Below, one piece after another: positions 18,804 through 28,390 of a stretch of DNA of 64,000 nt. The stretch's first letter is position 1, and every line of letters starts with the position of its first letter. The stretch spans positions 32,001-96,000 of the forward strand of contig CAWJZV010000034.1 of the NCBI GenBank assembly GCA_963847445.1. Direction: 5' to 3'. The position numbers were made by a program, and so were the translations under genes. The stretch comes from an uncultured delta proteobacterium (GTDB lineage: Bacteria > Desulfobacterota > Binatia > UBA9968). Below the pieces are notes generated by a model, which worked only from the letters and a program-made list of their open reading frames with translations, was not told the origin of the DNA and searched no databases.

Positions 18804-19976
18804 ATGGCGCATGTTTTTGTTACCGACGCTCAACGGAGAAAATCGCTCGCGGTTGTCAGGTCCCTGGGCCGCCACGGCATTCGCGTGACGGTGGGCGAGG
18901 AGACGAGCAACGGCGTCGCCTCTTACTCGCGGTACTGTGACCAAGCCGTCGTCTATCCATCGCCGACGCGCACGCCGGAGCTCTTCATCGAGTGGCTCAT
19001 CGATCACGTGCGCCGGCACCGATACACAGCGGTGATCCCCACCAATGAGCAAACCCTTACACCGATCGCCCAACATCTCGAGGAATTATCCAAGTACACT
19101 GTCGTTCCGATCGCGGACTTTCAAACGTACATGACGGTTCGGGACAAAGCCCAAACTATGCGAATCGCCGCCGAGCACGGCATCCCATGCCCGCGAACGT
19201 ACACGGTGGACGACACCGATTCCCTCGACGCGCTGGAGAAGAATTTAGATTTCCCAGTGGTGATCAAACCCCGCGAGGGATCCGGGTCGAGTGGCGTCAC
19301 CTATGTCAAGCGAAGAGCAGACTTCAAGGCGAGCTATCTCAGAATCGACCGGCAATATCCCAAACCGTTGATTCAAGAGTATATCCCGCCGGGTGGCGCA
19401 GCCTGTGGGGTCTCAGCTCTCTTCGACCGGCACTCCGAGCCGGTGGCAGTTTTTGTTCATAAACGTCTCCGGGAATATCCGGTGTCGGGGGGGCCCAGCA
19501 CTTTGCGCGAAAGCGTGTGCGATCCTCAGCTTGCCGCTTTGGGCGTACGGCTGCTGAAGGCCCTCAAGTGGTACGGCGTCGCCATGGTGGAGTTCAAAAC
19601 CGATCCCAGGGACCAACAACCTAAGCTCATGGAAGTAAACGGGAAATTCTGGGGATCTCTTGAGCTGGCGATCCACGCGGGAGTGGATTTCCCGTATCTG
19701 TTATACCAACTCGCCGTCGAAGGCGTGGTCGAGCCCGTGCGCGATTATCGAGTCGGAGTCCGATGCCGCTGGCTTCCCGGGGATTTTCTGCACTTCTTGT
19801 TCGCCCCCAATCGACTACAGCTCATTCCCGAGTTTTTTAACTTTTTTGACGAGAGAACCTATTACGACGTCGTCGCTAAGGATGATATCAGGCCGATGCT
19901 CGGTCTGCTGCGTTTTTCTCTTGCGCGGTCATTCGATCCGAGCATGTGGAAATATATCCTTTATAGACAGCAGTAG
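18804..19976 (+). CDS. ATP-grasp carboxylate-amine ligase
   Basis: DK, FPVVIKPR.GSGS.GV, LIQEYIP, AMVEFK and LMEVNGKFWGS motifs. Confidence 0.88.
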   Translation: MAHVFVTDAQRRKSLAVVRSLGRHGIRVTVGEETSNGVASYSRYCDQAVVYPSPTRTPELFIEWLIDHVRRHRYTAVIPTNEQTLTPIAQHLEELSKYTVVPIADFQTYMTVRDKAQTMRIAAEHGIPCPRTYTVDDTDSLDALEKNLDFPVVIKPREGSGSSGVTYVKRRADFKASYLRIDRQYPKPLIQEYIPPGGAACGVSALFDRHSEPVAVFVHKRLREYPVSGGPSTLRESVCDPQLAALGVRLLKALKWYGVAMVEFKTDPRDQQPKLMEVNGKFWGSLELAIHAGVDFPYLLYQLAVEGVVEPVRDYRVGVRCRWLPGDFLHFLFAPNRLQLIPEFFNFFDERTYYDVVAKDDIRPMLGLLRFSLARSFDPSMWKYILYRQQ

Positions 19977-19979
19977 GAG

Positions 19980-21227
19980 ATGTTCATGCGCAATATCCTG
20001 TTCATTTTGGTCGATTGTCTCAGAGCCGATGCCGTAAGCGGCAAAGATCGCGGCACCGTGACACCAGCTATAGATAAGCTCATGACCCGTGGGACGTACT
20101 TCAACCAGGCGATCTCAACAGCAGGGACTACGACAACCTGCGTGGCTAGCATGCTGACCGGGAATTACCCTTTCGCCCACGGCATCCGCACTCTGAGCGG
20201 GTATAAATTGAACAGCGAGTGCGTGACCCTTCCCCAGGTGCTGAAGCACCATGGCTACCACACGTACGCGATGGTGAGCGGTCCGTTATCGCCTATCACC
20301 GGCCTGGACCGCGGCTTCGATGAGTACGAGTACCGCACGGACGGTGTCTACCTCTCCGACGACTGGGGTGAAGATCTGAGGAGGCGGTTTCAACAAAAAC
20401 AGCTTCGACAGCCGTGGTTCGCCTTTCTCCACCTATGGGAAGTACATAAACCCAGAAAAGTGCTGCCACAGTTCGACTCCAAGCAATTTGGCGCCGACAA
20501 ATACGAGCGCGCAGTTTCCAGCCTTGATCCGGAGCTGGAAAAACTGATCAACCTACTGGGTGACGACACGATCATTATTCTCCACGGAGACCATGGCGAG
20601 AACCGGGAAGTCGCCCGACGGAATCTCCTCGCCCGGTTTTACCGCTTGAAGAGACGATTCTCCTATCCCGTCGACCCGAGATATTACAAAGTCGGCCATG
20701 GATTTCATGTTTACGATTTTATCGTTCGGGTTCCGTTGCTGTTCTACGGCCCGGGGGTTTTCCCCAGCGGGAAAACCATAACCGATCAGGTCCGCCAGAT
20801 CGATTTCTTTCCCACGTTGGTTGAAGCGCTAGGCCTGCCGATGCCACTACCCGTACACGGCCGTAGCCTGGTGCCTCTGATAAAAGGCGAGCCATTGCCG
20901 GAGGTGCCCGCGCACGTAGCGGCGGTGGGTGGTCCGCTTCAGGGCTCAAAGAATTGGCGTGTAGGTATACGGACGCGCGAGTGGAAGTATGTATTCGCGC
21001 CTCAGAATCCGACTATTCCGGAAGAGGTTTACCACCTTCGAACCGACCCCCAGGAGTGGCGGAATCTGTCCAAGACTCAGCGGCCAAAGGCAGAGGAGTT
21101 AAAACGAGAGCTGCTCGACATCATTTCCGGAACTTACTATATGACCGGCGCTACGGCCGGCGAGGAGATGTCGGCGCAAGAAAAGAAGACCATGGAAGAG
21201 CGCTTGAAGCAGCTCGGCTATCTTTAG
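19980..21227 (+). CDS. Sulfatase-fold (alkaline phosphatase superfamily) protein
   Basis: NILFILVDCLRAD, ASMLTG, HGDHGE, VRVPL, DFFPTL and RLKQLGYL motifs; Thr at the nucleophile position. Confidence 0.85.
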   Translation: MFMRNILFILVDCLRADAVSGKDRGTVTPAIDKLMTRGTYFNQAISTAGTTTTCVASMLTGNYPFAHGIRTLSGYKLNSECVTLPQVLKHHGYHTYAMVSGPLSPITGLDRGFDEYEYRTDGVYLSDDWGEDLRRRFQQKQLRQPWFAFLHLWEVHKPRKVLPQFDSKQFGADKYERAVSSLDPELEKLINLLGDDTIIILHGDHGENREVARRNLLARFYRLKRRFSYPVDPRYYKVGHGFHVYDFIVRVPLLFYGPGVFPSGKTITDQVRQIDFFPTLVEALGLPMPLPVHGRSLVPLIKGEPLPEVPAHVAAVGGPLQGSKNWRVGIRTREWKYVFAPQNPTIPEEVYHLRTDPQEWRNLSKTQRPKAEELKRELLDIISGTYYMTGATAGEEMSAQEKKTMEERLKQLGYL

Positions 21228-21230
21228 ACC

Positions 21231-23591
21231 ATGACGCAATTCACATTGCCATCTTTTAGTACGTCGGATTCCGCCCTTTCGGCGGCCGGTACGGCGAGCG
21301 AATCGCTGGGCGTCGCCATGCTCATGCGCAAATTCTATCCGCTCACTGGCGGATATCAGAACCAAGCATTACGGCTCGCGACGGAACTGAGGAAGAATGG
21401 CTTCACAGTTCATGTGGTCACCCAGCGTCATGGGACGCTTCCGCCCTATGAAGTTCATCAGGGCATTCCCATTCATCGGGTTTTTGCGTTTCCGTCAGGC
21501 CATTTGGCCGCCTGGTCTTATCTGGTTTCAGCGTTCTTGTGGATGCTGCAGAACCGATCGCGCTTTCAAATCATCCATGCGAACCGCTCATCTTCCGGCC
21601 TGGTGGCCGGTATGATCGGGTTCGTGCTTCGGAAACCTGTTCTATACAAATTGACTCGCGGAGACGAGATCGATGTGAAGGGTTTCCGGACTACTTTGCT
21701 AGGCCGATTCAAAGTGCAGTGCTTGAAACATACCGTTGGTAAGTTCGTTGCAATAACCAAGGGGATTGAGGAAGACCTTCGACGGCTGGGTATTCCGGCA
21801 AAGAAACTTGCCAGGATCCCCAACGGAATCGAAATTAAAGATTTTTCAAAATGCTATGACCGCGAGAAAGTCAAGTCAGAATTGGGTTGGGGACCGGAAA
21901 CTAAAGTGGCGACTTTTGTCGGAAGACTCATCGCGGTGAAAGGCGTCGACTGGCTGCTTCGAATTTGGCGGGATGTGATTCAGCAGGAAACCCTGGGGCG
22001 TCTCTTGATCATCGGAGATGGGCCGGAGCGATCCGCCCTGGAAGATCAAATTCGCTCTTCCGGCCTTACAGACTCTGTAGCATTGGTGGGGAGGCAAGAA
22101 GATGTTTTTAAATTCTTAGCCATCACCGATGTCTTTGTGCTTCCGTCACGGTTGGAAGGCGTTTCAAATGCCCTTTTAGAAGCAATGTCTCAGGGATTGC
22201 CGGTAATCGTCGCGGACGACGAGCTGGGTGGGAATCGGGAAGTGGTCGATGATTGCATTGACGGCCACATCGTGAAGATCGGTGATGACAGGTCCTTTGG
22301 CGAAATTCTGGTTAGACTTCTTCGAGATGCAGAACTGCGAAACGACATGGGACGAAAGGCAAAGCAAAAAATCGAGCAAAGATTTTCCATGGATAGCGTC
22401 GTCAATGGGTATTGCCGTATCTATAGTGAATTATCCACGCTCCACGCCCGACCCATGGCTGGCCAAAAACCATCCGTAGGAATTTTTTTGGCCAGGCCGG
22501 ATCGTAGCTTTCACATGGCCAGGAAACTCCGTGAGAAGGGTTTCGATATCATTCATTACAACAGGGTTGGATATAAAGATGATTCTTATGTCAAAGTGCG
22601 CGGCGGGCCGCTAGCGGCATTAGCGTATCTTTTGCTCCGGACAAAGAACGACATATACTTTACTTCTCTAGGTTTCGTACCTTCCACTTGGTTGTATCTG
22701 AACAAGTGCTTGCGCGGAAAACCCTACGTCTTCAATGCTACCGGCCTGAGGTGGGAGACGTTCGACGACAGGTCGTCTCGAAGGCCTTTCTCAAGCTTTT
22801 TTTCGCACCGGTTCTATCCTTATTTATTGGACTGTACTTTCGCCGGAGCGAGCAGGATCGTCTGTAACAGCCACTTCCTCGAACGGATGATCAGCATCCA
22901 CTATCCAAAATATAAAGAGCGATTGCTGACGATTTACAACGGTATTGAGTTTGACCGGTACTCATCGGGGCGGCGTCAAGCCCTTCCCCGCGTTAATCAT
23001 GGAGACTTGACTCTTCTCTGCGTGACGGCGCTTAATTTCAAGAATAAATCGAAGGGGCTGCAAATCGTTATGGACGCCTTCGATCATGTCAGAGCTAAAA
23101 GAACAGACGTCAAACTGGTTATCTCCGCCAAGACCTCCAACCCTCTCTATCAAAAGGACGCGGAAAGTTATTTGCGGTCGAAGCCGTGGAGGGAGTCGGT
23201 CACGCTGATGTATAACCATAGCGATATCCCAGACCTGTTGGCGAGCGGCGATATTTTTGTATACGCCACCCCCAACAACTCCAACGACAGCCTTCCCAGA
23301 GCATTGTTGGAAGCTCAATCGGCGGGTCTGCCGGTCGTTACAACCGACACCAGCGGGTGCCCGGAGATTGTTCGTGACGGAAGAACCGGCTTCGTTGTCC
23401 CGTATGAAGCCGCCGCGATGGCGGAAAAAGTTTTGCTGCTGATGGACAATCCGCAGTTACGGCTTGATATGGGTAGAGCGGCCCAGGAATGGATCCGACG
23501 GCGTTTCAATTGGGATCAGATGGCTTCCGGCTATGCCAAGGTTTTTCTCGAGGTCGCCGCCGGTGAACAGCCTGCAAATGGAAATCAATAA
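21231..23591 (+). CDS. Tandem double GT4 glycosyltransferase
   Basis: Two GT-B units: EGVSNALLEAMSQGLPV and DSLPRALLEAQSAGLPVV, each with its own N-domain and PNG/YNG motif. Confidence 0.85.
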   Translation: MTQFTLPSFSTSDSALSAAGTASESLGVAMLMRKFYPLTGGYQNQALRLATELRKNGFTVHVVTQRHGTLPPYEVHQGIPIHRVFAFPSGHLAAWSYLVSAFLWMLQNRSRFQIIHANRSSSGLVAGMIGFVLRKPVLYKLTRGDEIDVKGFRTTLLGRFKVQCLKHTVGKFVAITKGIEEDLRRLGIPAKKLARIPNGIEIKDFSKCYDREKVKSELGWGPETKVATFVGRLIAVKGVDWLLRIWRDVIQQETLGRLLIIGDGPERSALEDQIRSSGLTDSVALVGRQEDVFKFLAITDVFVLPSRLEGVSNALLEAMSQGLPVIVADDELGGNREVVDDCIDGHIVKIGDDRSFGEILVRLLRDAELRNDMGRKAKQKIEQRFSMDSVVNGYCRIYSELSTLHARPMAGQKPSVGIFLARPDRSFHMARKLREKGFDIIHYNRVGYKDDSYVKVRGGPLAALAYLLLRTKNDIYFTSLGFVPSTWLYLNKCLRGKPYVFNATGLRWETFDDRSSRRPFSSFFSHRFYPYLLDCTFAGASRIVCNSHFLERMISIHYPKYKERLLTIYNGIEFDRYSSGRRQALPRVNHGDLTLLCVTALNFKNKSKGLQIVMDAFDHVRAKRTDVKLVISAKTSNPLYQKDAESYLRSKPWRESVTLMYNHSDIPDLLASGDIFVYATPNNSNDSLPRALLEAQSAGLPVVTTDTSGCPEIVRDGRTGFVVPYEAAAMAEKVLLLMDNPQLRLDMGRAAQEWIRRRFNWDQMASGYAKVFLEVAAGEQPANGNQ

Positions 23592-23603
23592 GAAAGAGCA
23601 TAT

Positions 23604-24998
23604 ATGATACGGCGCCCTAACATCTTGCTTATCGTCTTGGATGCCACACGTTTTGATTACCTGTCCGCTTACGGGTCTTCCAATACGACCCCGAACCTCA
23701 ACCGCTTGGCGCAAGACGGGGTCCTGTTTGAAAGAGCATTTGCCTCTGCGCCCTGGACCCCGCCATCCCACGCGTCTCTGTTCACGGGCAACTACCCGTC
23801 GCGGCACGGTGTCGACGTGAACGAAAACCTTTACTTGAGCAAGGAAAATCGAACCGTAGCAGAAATTTTGTCCGAGAATGGATACCGGACTTTCGGGGTC
23901 CTGCCCGATGCTCACCTGAGCAGTGATCGAGGGTTCCATAAGGGATTCCAGGATTATATCGAGCTATGGCGGATTCCCTACCTTTATCCGGAATACGACT
24001 GGAATGAGTGCTTGTTGCGCAACCTCCTGTTCGGGCGTGATAAGCGGACATACTATACCAATCGGCTGATTCAGCGCTGGTTAAGAGCGAACTGGCGAGG
24101 CACTGACCCCTTTTTCATCTTCTTGAATTACAAAACGGCTCACAACCAGTATCAGCCCCCGCGCGCGTTCAGGCGCCGGTTTGAGAGTAAACCGGGAGCG
24201 GGCGTGGACATGCGCAAGGTGAAGTTCTATTCCCGCGAGGGCGGCTATCCGTACATGGCCCGGCGTTTCGAGATGTCAGAAGAGGAATTGGCCATCCTGA
24301 AGTCGTGGTATGCGGGCGCCATCGCTTACATGGACTTTCGGCTCGGGGAACTGATTCAGTCTCTTAAAGATGCCAGGGCGTATGAGGATACGCTGATCAT
24401 CGTTACGGCTGATCACGGCGAAAATTTTGGCGAGCACCATCTCGCCTATCACATGTTCTGTCTCTACGAGAGTCTGATCCACGTCCCCTTGATTATGAGC
24501 TGGCCGGCAGGCCTGCCGCACGGACGGCGCGTCCCGGGATTGGTATCCCTCACCGATGTGGTGCCGACTCTTGTAGAGCTGTTGCAGCTCGAAGGGGCAG
24601 GGGACGATCTCCAGGGAACCAGCTTGGTTACCTTTGATAGCCGGCAGTACCACGACCATGTGTTCGCTGAATTTGGCCGTCCCCACTATATGCTGAAGCG
24701 GCTGCAATCCCGGTTTCCGGGCGACGATTTCTCGCTGTTCGACAAAGGGCTTCGCTGCATCCGAACGGAGCAGTTCAAGTTGATCGTTGGTTCAGACGGG
24801 AGTGAGGAGTTTTACGATTTAGCGACCGATCCCGAGGAGATCTGCAATCTCTCCAGCAAGCAGCCAAACGTTGCCGCAGAGCTCCGCGCTACCCTCGCCA
24901 ACTGGAGCGGCTCGACGAAAAACTCTAGCCCAGTTGCCAAAGAACCAGAAGAAAATGAATCCGTAAGACGGTCCCTGGAGAAACTGGGATATTTCTAA
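23604..24998 (+). CDS. Sulfatase-fold protein (Thr nucleophile)
   Basis: RPNILLIVLDATRFD, APWTPPSHASLFTG, TADHGENFGEH, YESLIHVPL, YDLATDPEE and LEKLGY motifs. Confidence 0.88.
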   Translation: MIRRPNILLIVLDATRFDYLSAYGSSNTTPNLNRLAQDGVLFERAFASAPWTPPSHASLFTGNYPSRHGVDVNENLYLSKENRTVAEILSENGYRTFGVLPDAHLSSDRGFHKGFQDYIELWRIPYLYPEYDWNECLLRNLLFGRDKRTYYTNRLIQRWLRANWRGTDPFFIFLNYKTAHNQYQPPRAFRRRFESKPGAGVDMRKVKFYSREGGYPYMARRFEMSEEELAILKSWYAGAIAYMDFRLGELIQSLKDARAYEDTLIIVTADHGENFGEHHLAYHMFCLYESLIHVPLIMSWPAGLPHGRRVPGLVSLTDVVPTLVELLQLEGAGDDLQGTSLVTFDSRQYHDHVFAEFGRPHYMLKRLQSRFPGDDFSLFDKGLRCIRTEQFKLIVGSDGSEEFYDLATDPEEICNLSSKQPNVAAELRATLANWSGSTKNSSPVAKEPEENESVRRSLEKLGYF

Positions 24999-25076
24999 CA
25001 GTGCTCGATGATTGCCGGCGCTTTACTCGCCTGTCGTCCAACCCAGTCAAAATTTTTTAGAGAAGGTAGTGAAACC

Positions 25077-25994
25077 ATGGAATGGTTGAATCTTATCCGG
25101 TGCCCGACATGTTCCGGGCCCATTCGCGACGATGGCGAAGGAATGTTCCGCTGCAGTGGCTGCAATGTCAGCTTTCCGGCTGCGGGGCACGTGCCTGACT
25201 TTCTCGCTAAAGAAGGCGACACGGCCGCCCCGGGGATTGAGCTTGATTATGACTATCACCTGCGCCGCCGTCACGGCTCCCTGCGCGGTTTATACAACCG
25301 GTTCTGCCGGTCGCTGGAACTTCAATTGATCAAGCGTGAAGCTGATCGGCTCGGTAGATCGATCGATATGCTTGATGTGGGCTGTGGGAATCCGACTCGC
25401 TCCAATACCACCTATCATGCACAACTCTTCCCGCTCGCTAGGTTGTACCTTGGGGTAGAACCCTCTCTGCCGCTTGCGTGCCGCGTCCAGCCTCTTCCAT
25501 CGGTCGGGCTGGTTCGAGCCAGCGGAGAGCTCCGCGTGTTGAAAGATCGAGTTGTCGACATGGCAATGTCATTCAGGGCACTTGATCGATGCGCGGATCC
25601 GGACCGCACACTGGCCAACATGGCAGCAGCTATACGGCCTGGAGGCCACATCCTGATCAGCCTGGTCAATAAAAATATCTGGTATGGAGCGCTGTCCAAT
25701 CGCTTGCGCGGGATATTGGCCCAACGCTTGTCACCCGAAGAGACGAGGCGCGGCGCGGAAATGTCGCCAAGCGATTTGCGCCGCCGCCTCGAATCTGTTG
25801 GCTTTCAGGATGTCGAACTCTATGACTTGCTCTACTTTTCAGGCCCGCTGAAAAGCAAGGCTTTTAACCGACTGTTGGACTTGTTCGGAGAACGGCGTTG
25901 TGCCGCCGCTCTCCGCCAGGTCGACCAACTTGGCCGGCGCATCGCCCCCGGCCGGGGTGGCATGTTTGTCGCCGTGGCACGCAAGCCGCAATAG
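25077..25994 (+). CDS. Trm112-like Zn-ribbon fused to a class I SAM methyltransferase
   Basis: IRCPTC...FRCSGC...FP..G.VPDF; motif I MLDVGCG; IRPGG. Confidence 0.8.
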   Translation: MEWLNLIRCPTCSGPIRDDGEGMFRCSGCNVSFPAAGHVPDFLAKEGDTAAPGIELDYDYHLRRRHGSLRGLYNRFCRSLELQLIKREADRLGRSIDMLDVGCGNPTRSNTTYHAQLFPLARLYLGVEPSLPLACRVQPLPSVGLVRASGELRVLKDRVVDMAMSFRALDRCADPDRTLANMAAAIRPGGHILISLVNKNIWYGALSNRLRGILAQRLSPEETRRGAEMSPSDLRRRLESVGFQDVELYDLLYFSGPLKSKAFNRLLDLFGERRCAAALRQVDQLGRRIAPGRGGMFVAVARKPQ

Positions 25995-26116
25995 TTTGCG
26001 ATCATCCCTTGCCCCTCTGTCTGGAGACTCCGGTTTCAAAGAAATTCTAAAGTCTCTCCTCTCACGGGCTCGAGTCAAAATCTACCTGAATTTAGATTTA
26101 CAATCAGGAGGCAACC

Positions 26117-27112
26117 ATGTTTCAAAATCAGAAGTGGACGTACGGTTTTCTCATGATCGTCAGCGCAATCTTCATGGGCCTAGGGTTTTCTTCGCCGACC
26201 CTAGCGCAAACCTGCGGCGGCAACATCCCATGTGAATGCGGGAATAACGTGGTGGCCAACCGGACATTGGTTTCCGGTCAAGATCCTATCGTAAGAGCCG
26301 TGTGCCCGGGCGATGGGCTAATTATGAACACCCCAGGGGTCGTCTTAAATCTTAACGGCAACAAAATCTTTGGTTCAGGTAGCGGTGTGGGTATTCTCAT
26401 TGGCGACGGGGTTAATAACGTCACCATCGAGAACACGGGCGGAGGGGGGGCGGGGCCTGATAACTTTGGCGTCGGCATCGCCACCGCTGGCCAGACCAGT
26501 GGCTCAAGAATTAGCGCGGTCAGGCCCCATGCGAACGGATTAGGGACAATACCACGAGGCGATGGGATATTCCTGAATGGCGATGGGAACGTGTTGATTG
26601 GCATCCTGGCAAAAAACAACGGCAACAATGGAGTCACGGTGATCGGCAATAGCAACAGGCTCGAAGGGCACAATGATGAATACAATGGGGTCCATGGGAT
26701 ATTTGTCGATGGTAATGGCAACGAGCTGATTGCCAACCTGGCAAGCGAGAATCGGAAGAAGTCCCCCGGCGCGGGGATCATGGTGACCGGCGACGGCAAT
26801 ACGATCGAACGAAGCAGGATCACCAAGATGAACACCTGGGGGATTGTCGTCCAGGGCGATAGCAACACCTTGACTCAGAACTCGGTCACAAAGCAGGACA
26901 TCGATGGGATAATAGTGCATGGGGATGGCAACGTGCTGACGGACAACAAGTCGCAGAGTTCCAAGGGCGTTGGCATTAGCGTTGAGGAGGATGACGGCGT
27001 CCCCAGCTCCGACCCCGCCGCCAGTACGGGAAATATTGTCAGCGGTAACCGGCAGAATCCTCAGTGCAGCATTTACGGAGTGACATTGCCAAAAACTTGT
27101 ATCGTAAAATAA
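26117..27112 (+). CDS. Secreted right-handed parallel beta-helix protein
   Basis: AGGAGG RBS, signal peptide, repeats GI.V.G.GN.L..N, and Cys pairs at both ends. Confidence 0.8.
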   Translation: MFQNQKWTYGFLMIVSAIFMGLGFSSPTLAQTCGGNIPCECGNNVVANRTLVSGQDPIVRAVCPGDGLIMNTPGVVLNLNGNKIFGSGSGVGILIGDGVNNVTIENTGGGGAGPDNFGVGIATAGQTSGSRISAVRPHANGLGTIPRGDGIFLNGDGNVLIGILAKNNGNNGVTVIGNSNRLEGHNDEYNGVHGIFVDGNGNELIANLASENRKKSPGAGIMVTGDGNTIERSRITKMNTWGIVVQGDSNTLTQNSVTKQDIDGIIVHGDGNVLTDNKSQSSKGVGISVEEDDGVPSSDPAASTGNIVSGNRQNPQCSIYGVTLPKTCIVK

Positions 27113-27175
27113 CCTTCAAAGGGCCTGCAAGGAGAGTCACATCGGGATCACACAACATGAACAGAGGAAAATGTA

Positions 27176-28390
27176 ATGCGCGCGGCTAAGCTGACCGTTG
27201 CGGCCTACAGCCATTTCGGCGCGAGAGGCTTGAAAGGGGTCGAGACGTATTACCTGGCGCAAGAGGCCTGGAGGAGAGGATATCTAGAAAAGGTGATTGC
27301 CGTATCGAAAAAGCGTTGCCGTTTTGAGTTCGACCTCGACCTTGTCGACACCCTTCCGGGAGAGTCACGCCTAATTTCCGGACTGGTCCAGATCAAGGAA
27401 AAGGCCTGGCAGGCGTTCCCATCGAGGTGGTTCGGCGAGATGATCTTCGACCGTTATGCGGCTTCACGGTTGAAGCGCTCAGGTGGCATCCTGATCCTGA
27501 CCCCAGGAATGATCCACACAGCGCGGAAAGCTAAAGCCCTCGGGTATACGATCTTACTGTACGGTGCCACTCCTGACCCTAGATATCTTATGGAGCAAAT
27601 CCAGACCGAACGGGCGGCCCTCGGCTTTAAAGGCGGGGAAGATGATAAAGATCGCTCCCGGATGGTGGCACGATGGACGGCCAGCCTGGCATTAACAGAC
27701 CACCTCCTCGCCGTCTCGGAGTTTTCCAAGGACACGTACGTCAAGTACGGTTTTCCGCAGGAAAAGGTATCCGTAGCTCCACTTGGGGTCGCTCTGCAAC
27801 GTTTCCCGCTAACAGCCCCTCCCACGGATAGCTGTTTCACCTACCTCTTCGTTGGTCACGTGAATGGAACCACTGGAATCGTCAAAGGGCTGCAATATCT
27901 CTTGCCGGCATGGTCTGAGCTTAGATTGAAAGACGCTAGGTTGCTGGTCTGCGGGAAAATAGGCGCCGAGGGACGGGAAGTGATTCGGAGATATGACGGA
28001 AGGCTGCACAACGTCGAGTTCACTGGGCAAGTTAGTGACCCGGCGGAGTATTATCGCAAAGCGGCGGTGTTTGTCTTGCCATCGGTTGCCGAAGGGATGG
28101 CCAAGGTAACAATCGAGGCTATGGCCACCGGACGCCCTGTCATTGTCACTCCGAACTGCGGCGCCGTGGCGCGCGATGGCGTTGATGGTTTCTATGTCCC
28201 AGCGCGAGATGTGGAGGCCTTGAAGGATAGAATGCTCTATTTTTACAACCATCGCGAAGAGATCGCGAGGATGGGCGCCGCCGCCAGTGAATGGGCTCAG
28301 AGGTTTACCTGGGAGAGATTTAGTCGGCAGATCGCTGATGTCATCGTCGGACCTCCAGTCTGCAATAAGGCAGAGGTCGAGAAACGATGA
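27176..28390 (+). CDS. GT4 glycosyltransferase
   Basis: AVSEFSK, PLGV, KGLQYLL, FVLPSVAEGMAKVTIEAMATGRPVI and DGVDGF motifs. Confidence 0.88.
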   Translation: MRAAKLTVAAYSHFGARGLKGVETYYLAQEAWRRGYLEKVIAVSKKRCRFEFDLDLVDTLPGESRLISGLVQIKEKAWQAFPSRWFGEMIFDRYAASRLKRSGGILILTPGMIHTARKAKALGYTILLYGATPDPRYLMEQIQTERAALGFKGGEDDKDRSRMVARWTASLALTDHLLAVSEFSKDTYVKYGFPQEKVSVAPLGVALQRFPLTAPPTDSCFTYLFVGHVNGTTGIVKGLQYLLPAWSELRLKDARLLVCGKIGAEGREVIRRYDGRLHNVEFTGQVSDPAEYYRKAAVFVLPSVAEGMAKVTIEAMATGRPVIVTPNCGAVARDGVDGFYVPARDVEALKDRMLYFYNHREEIARMGAAASEWAQRFTWERFSRQIADVIVGPPVCNKAEVEKR

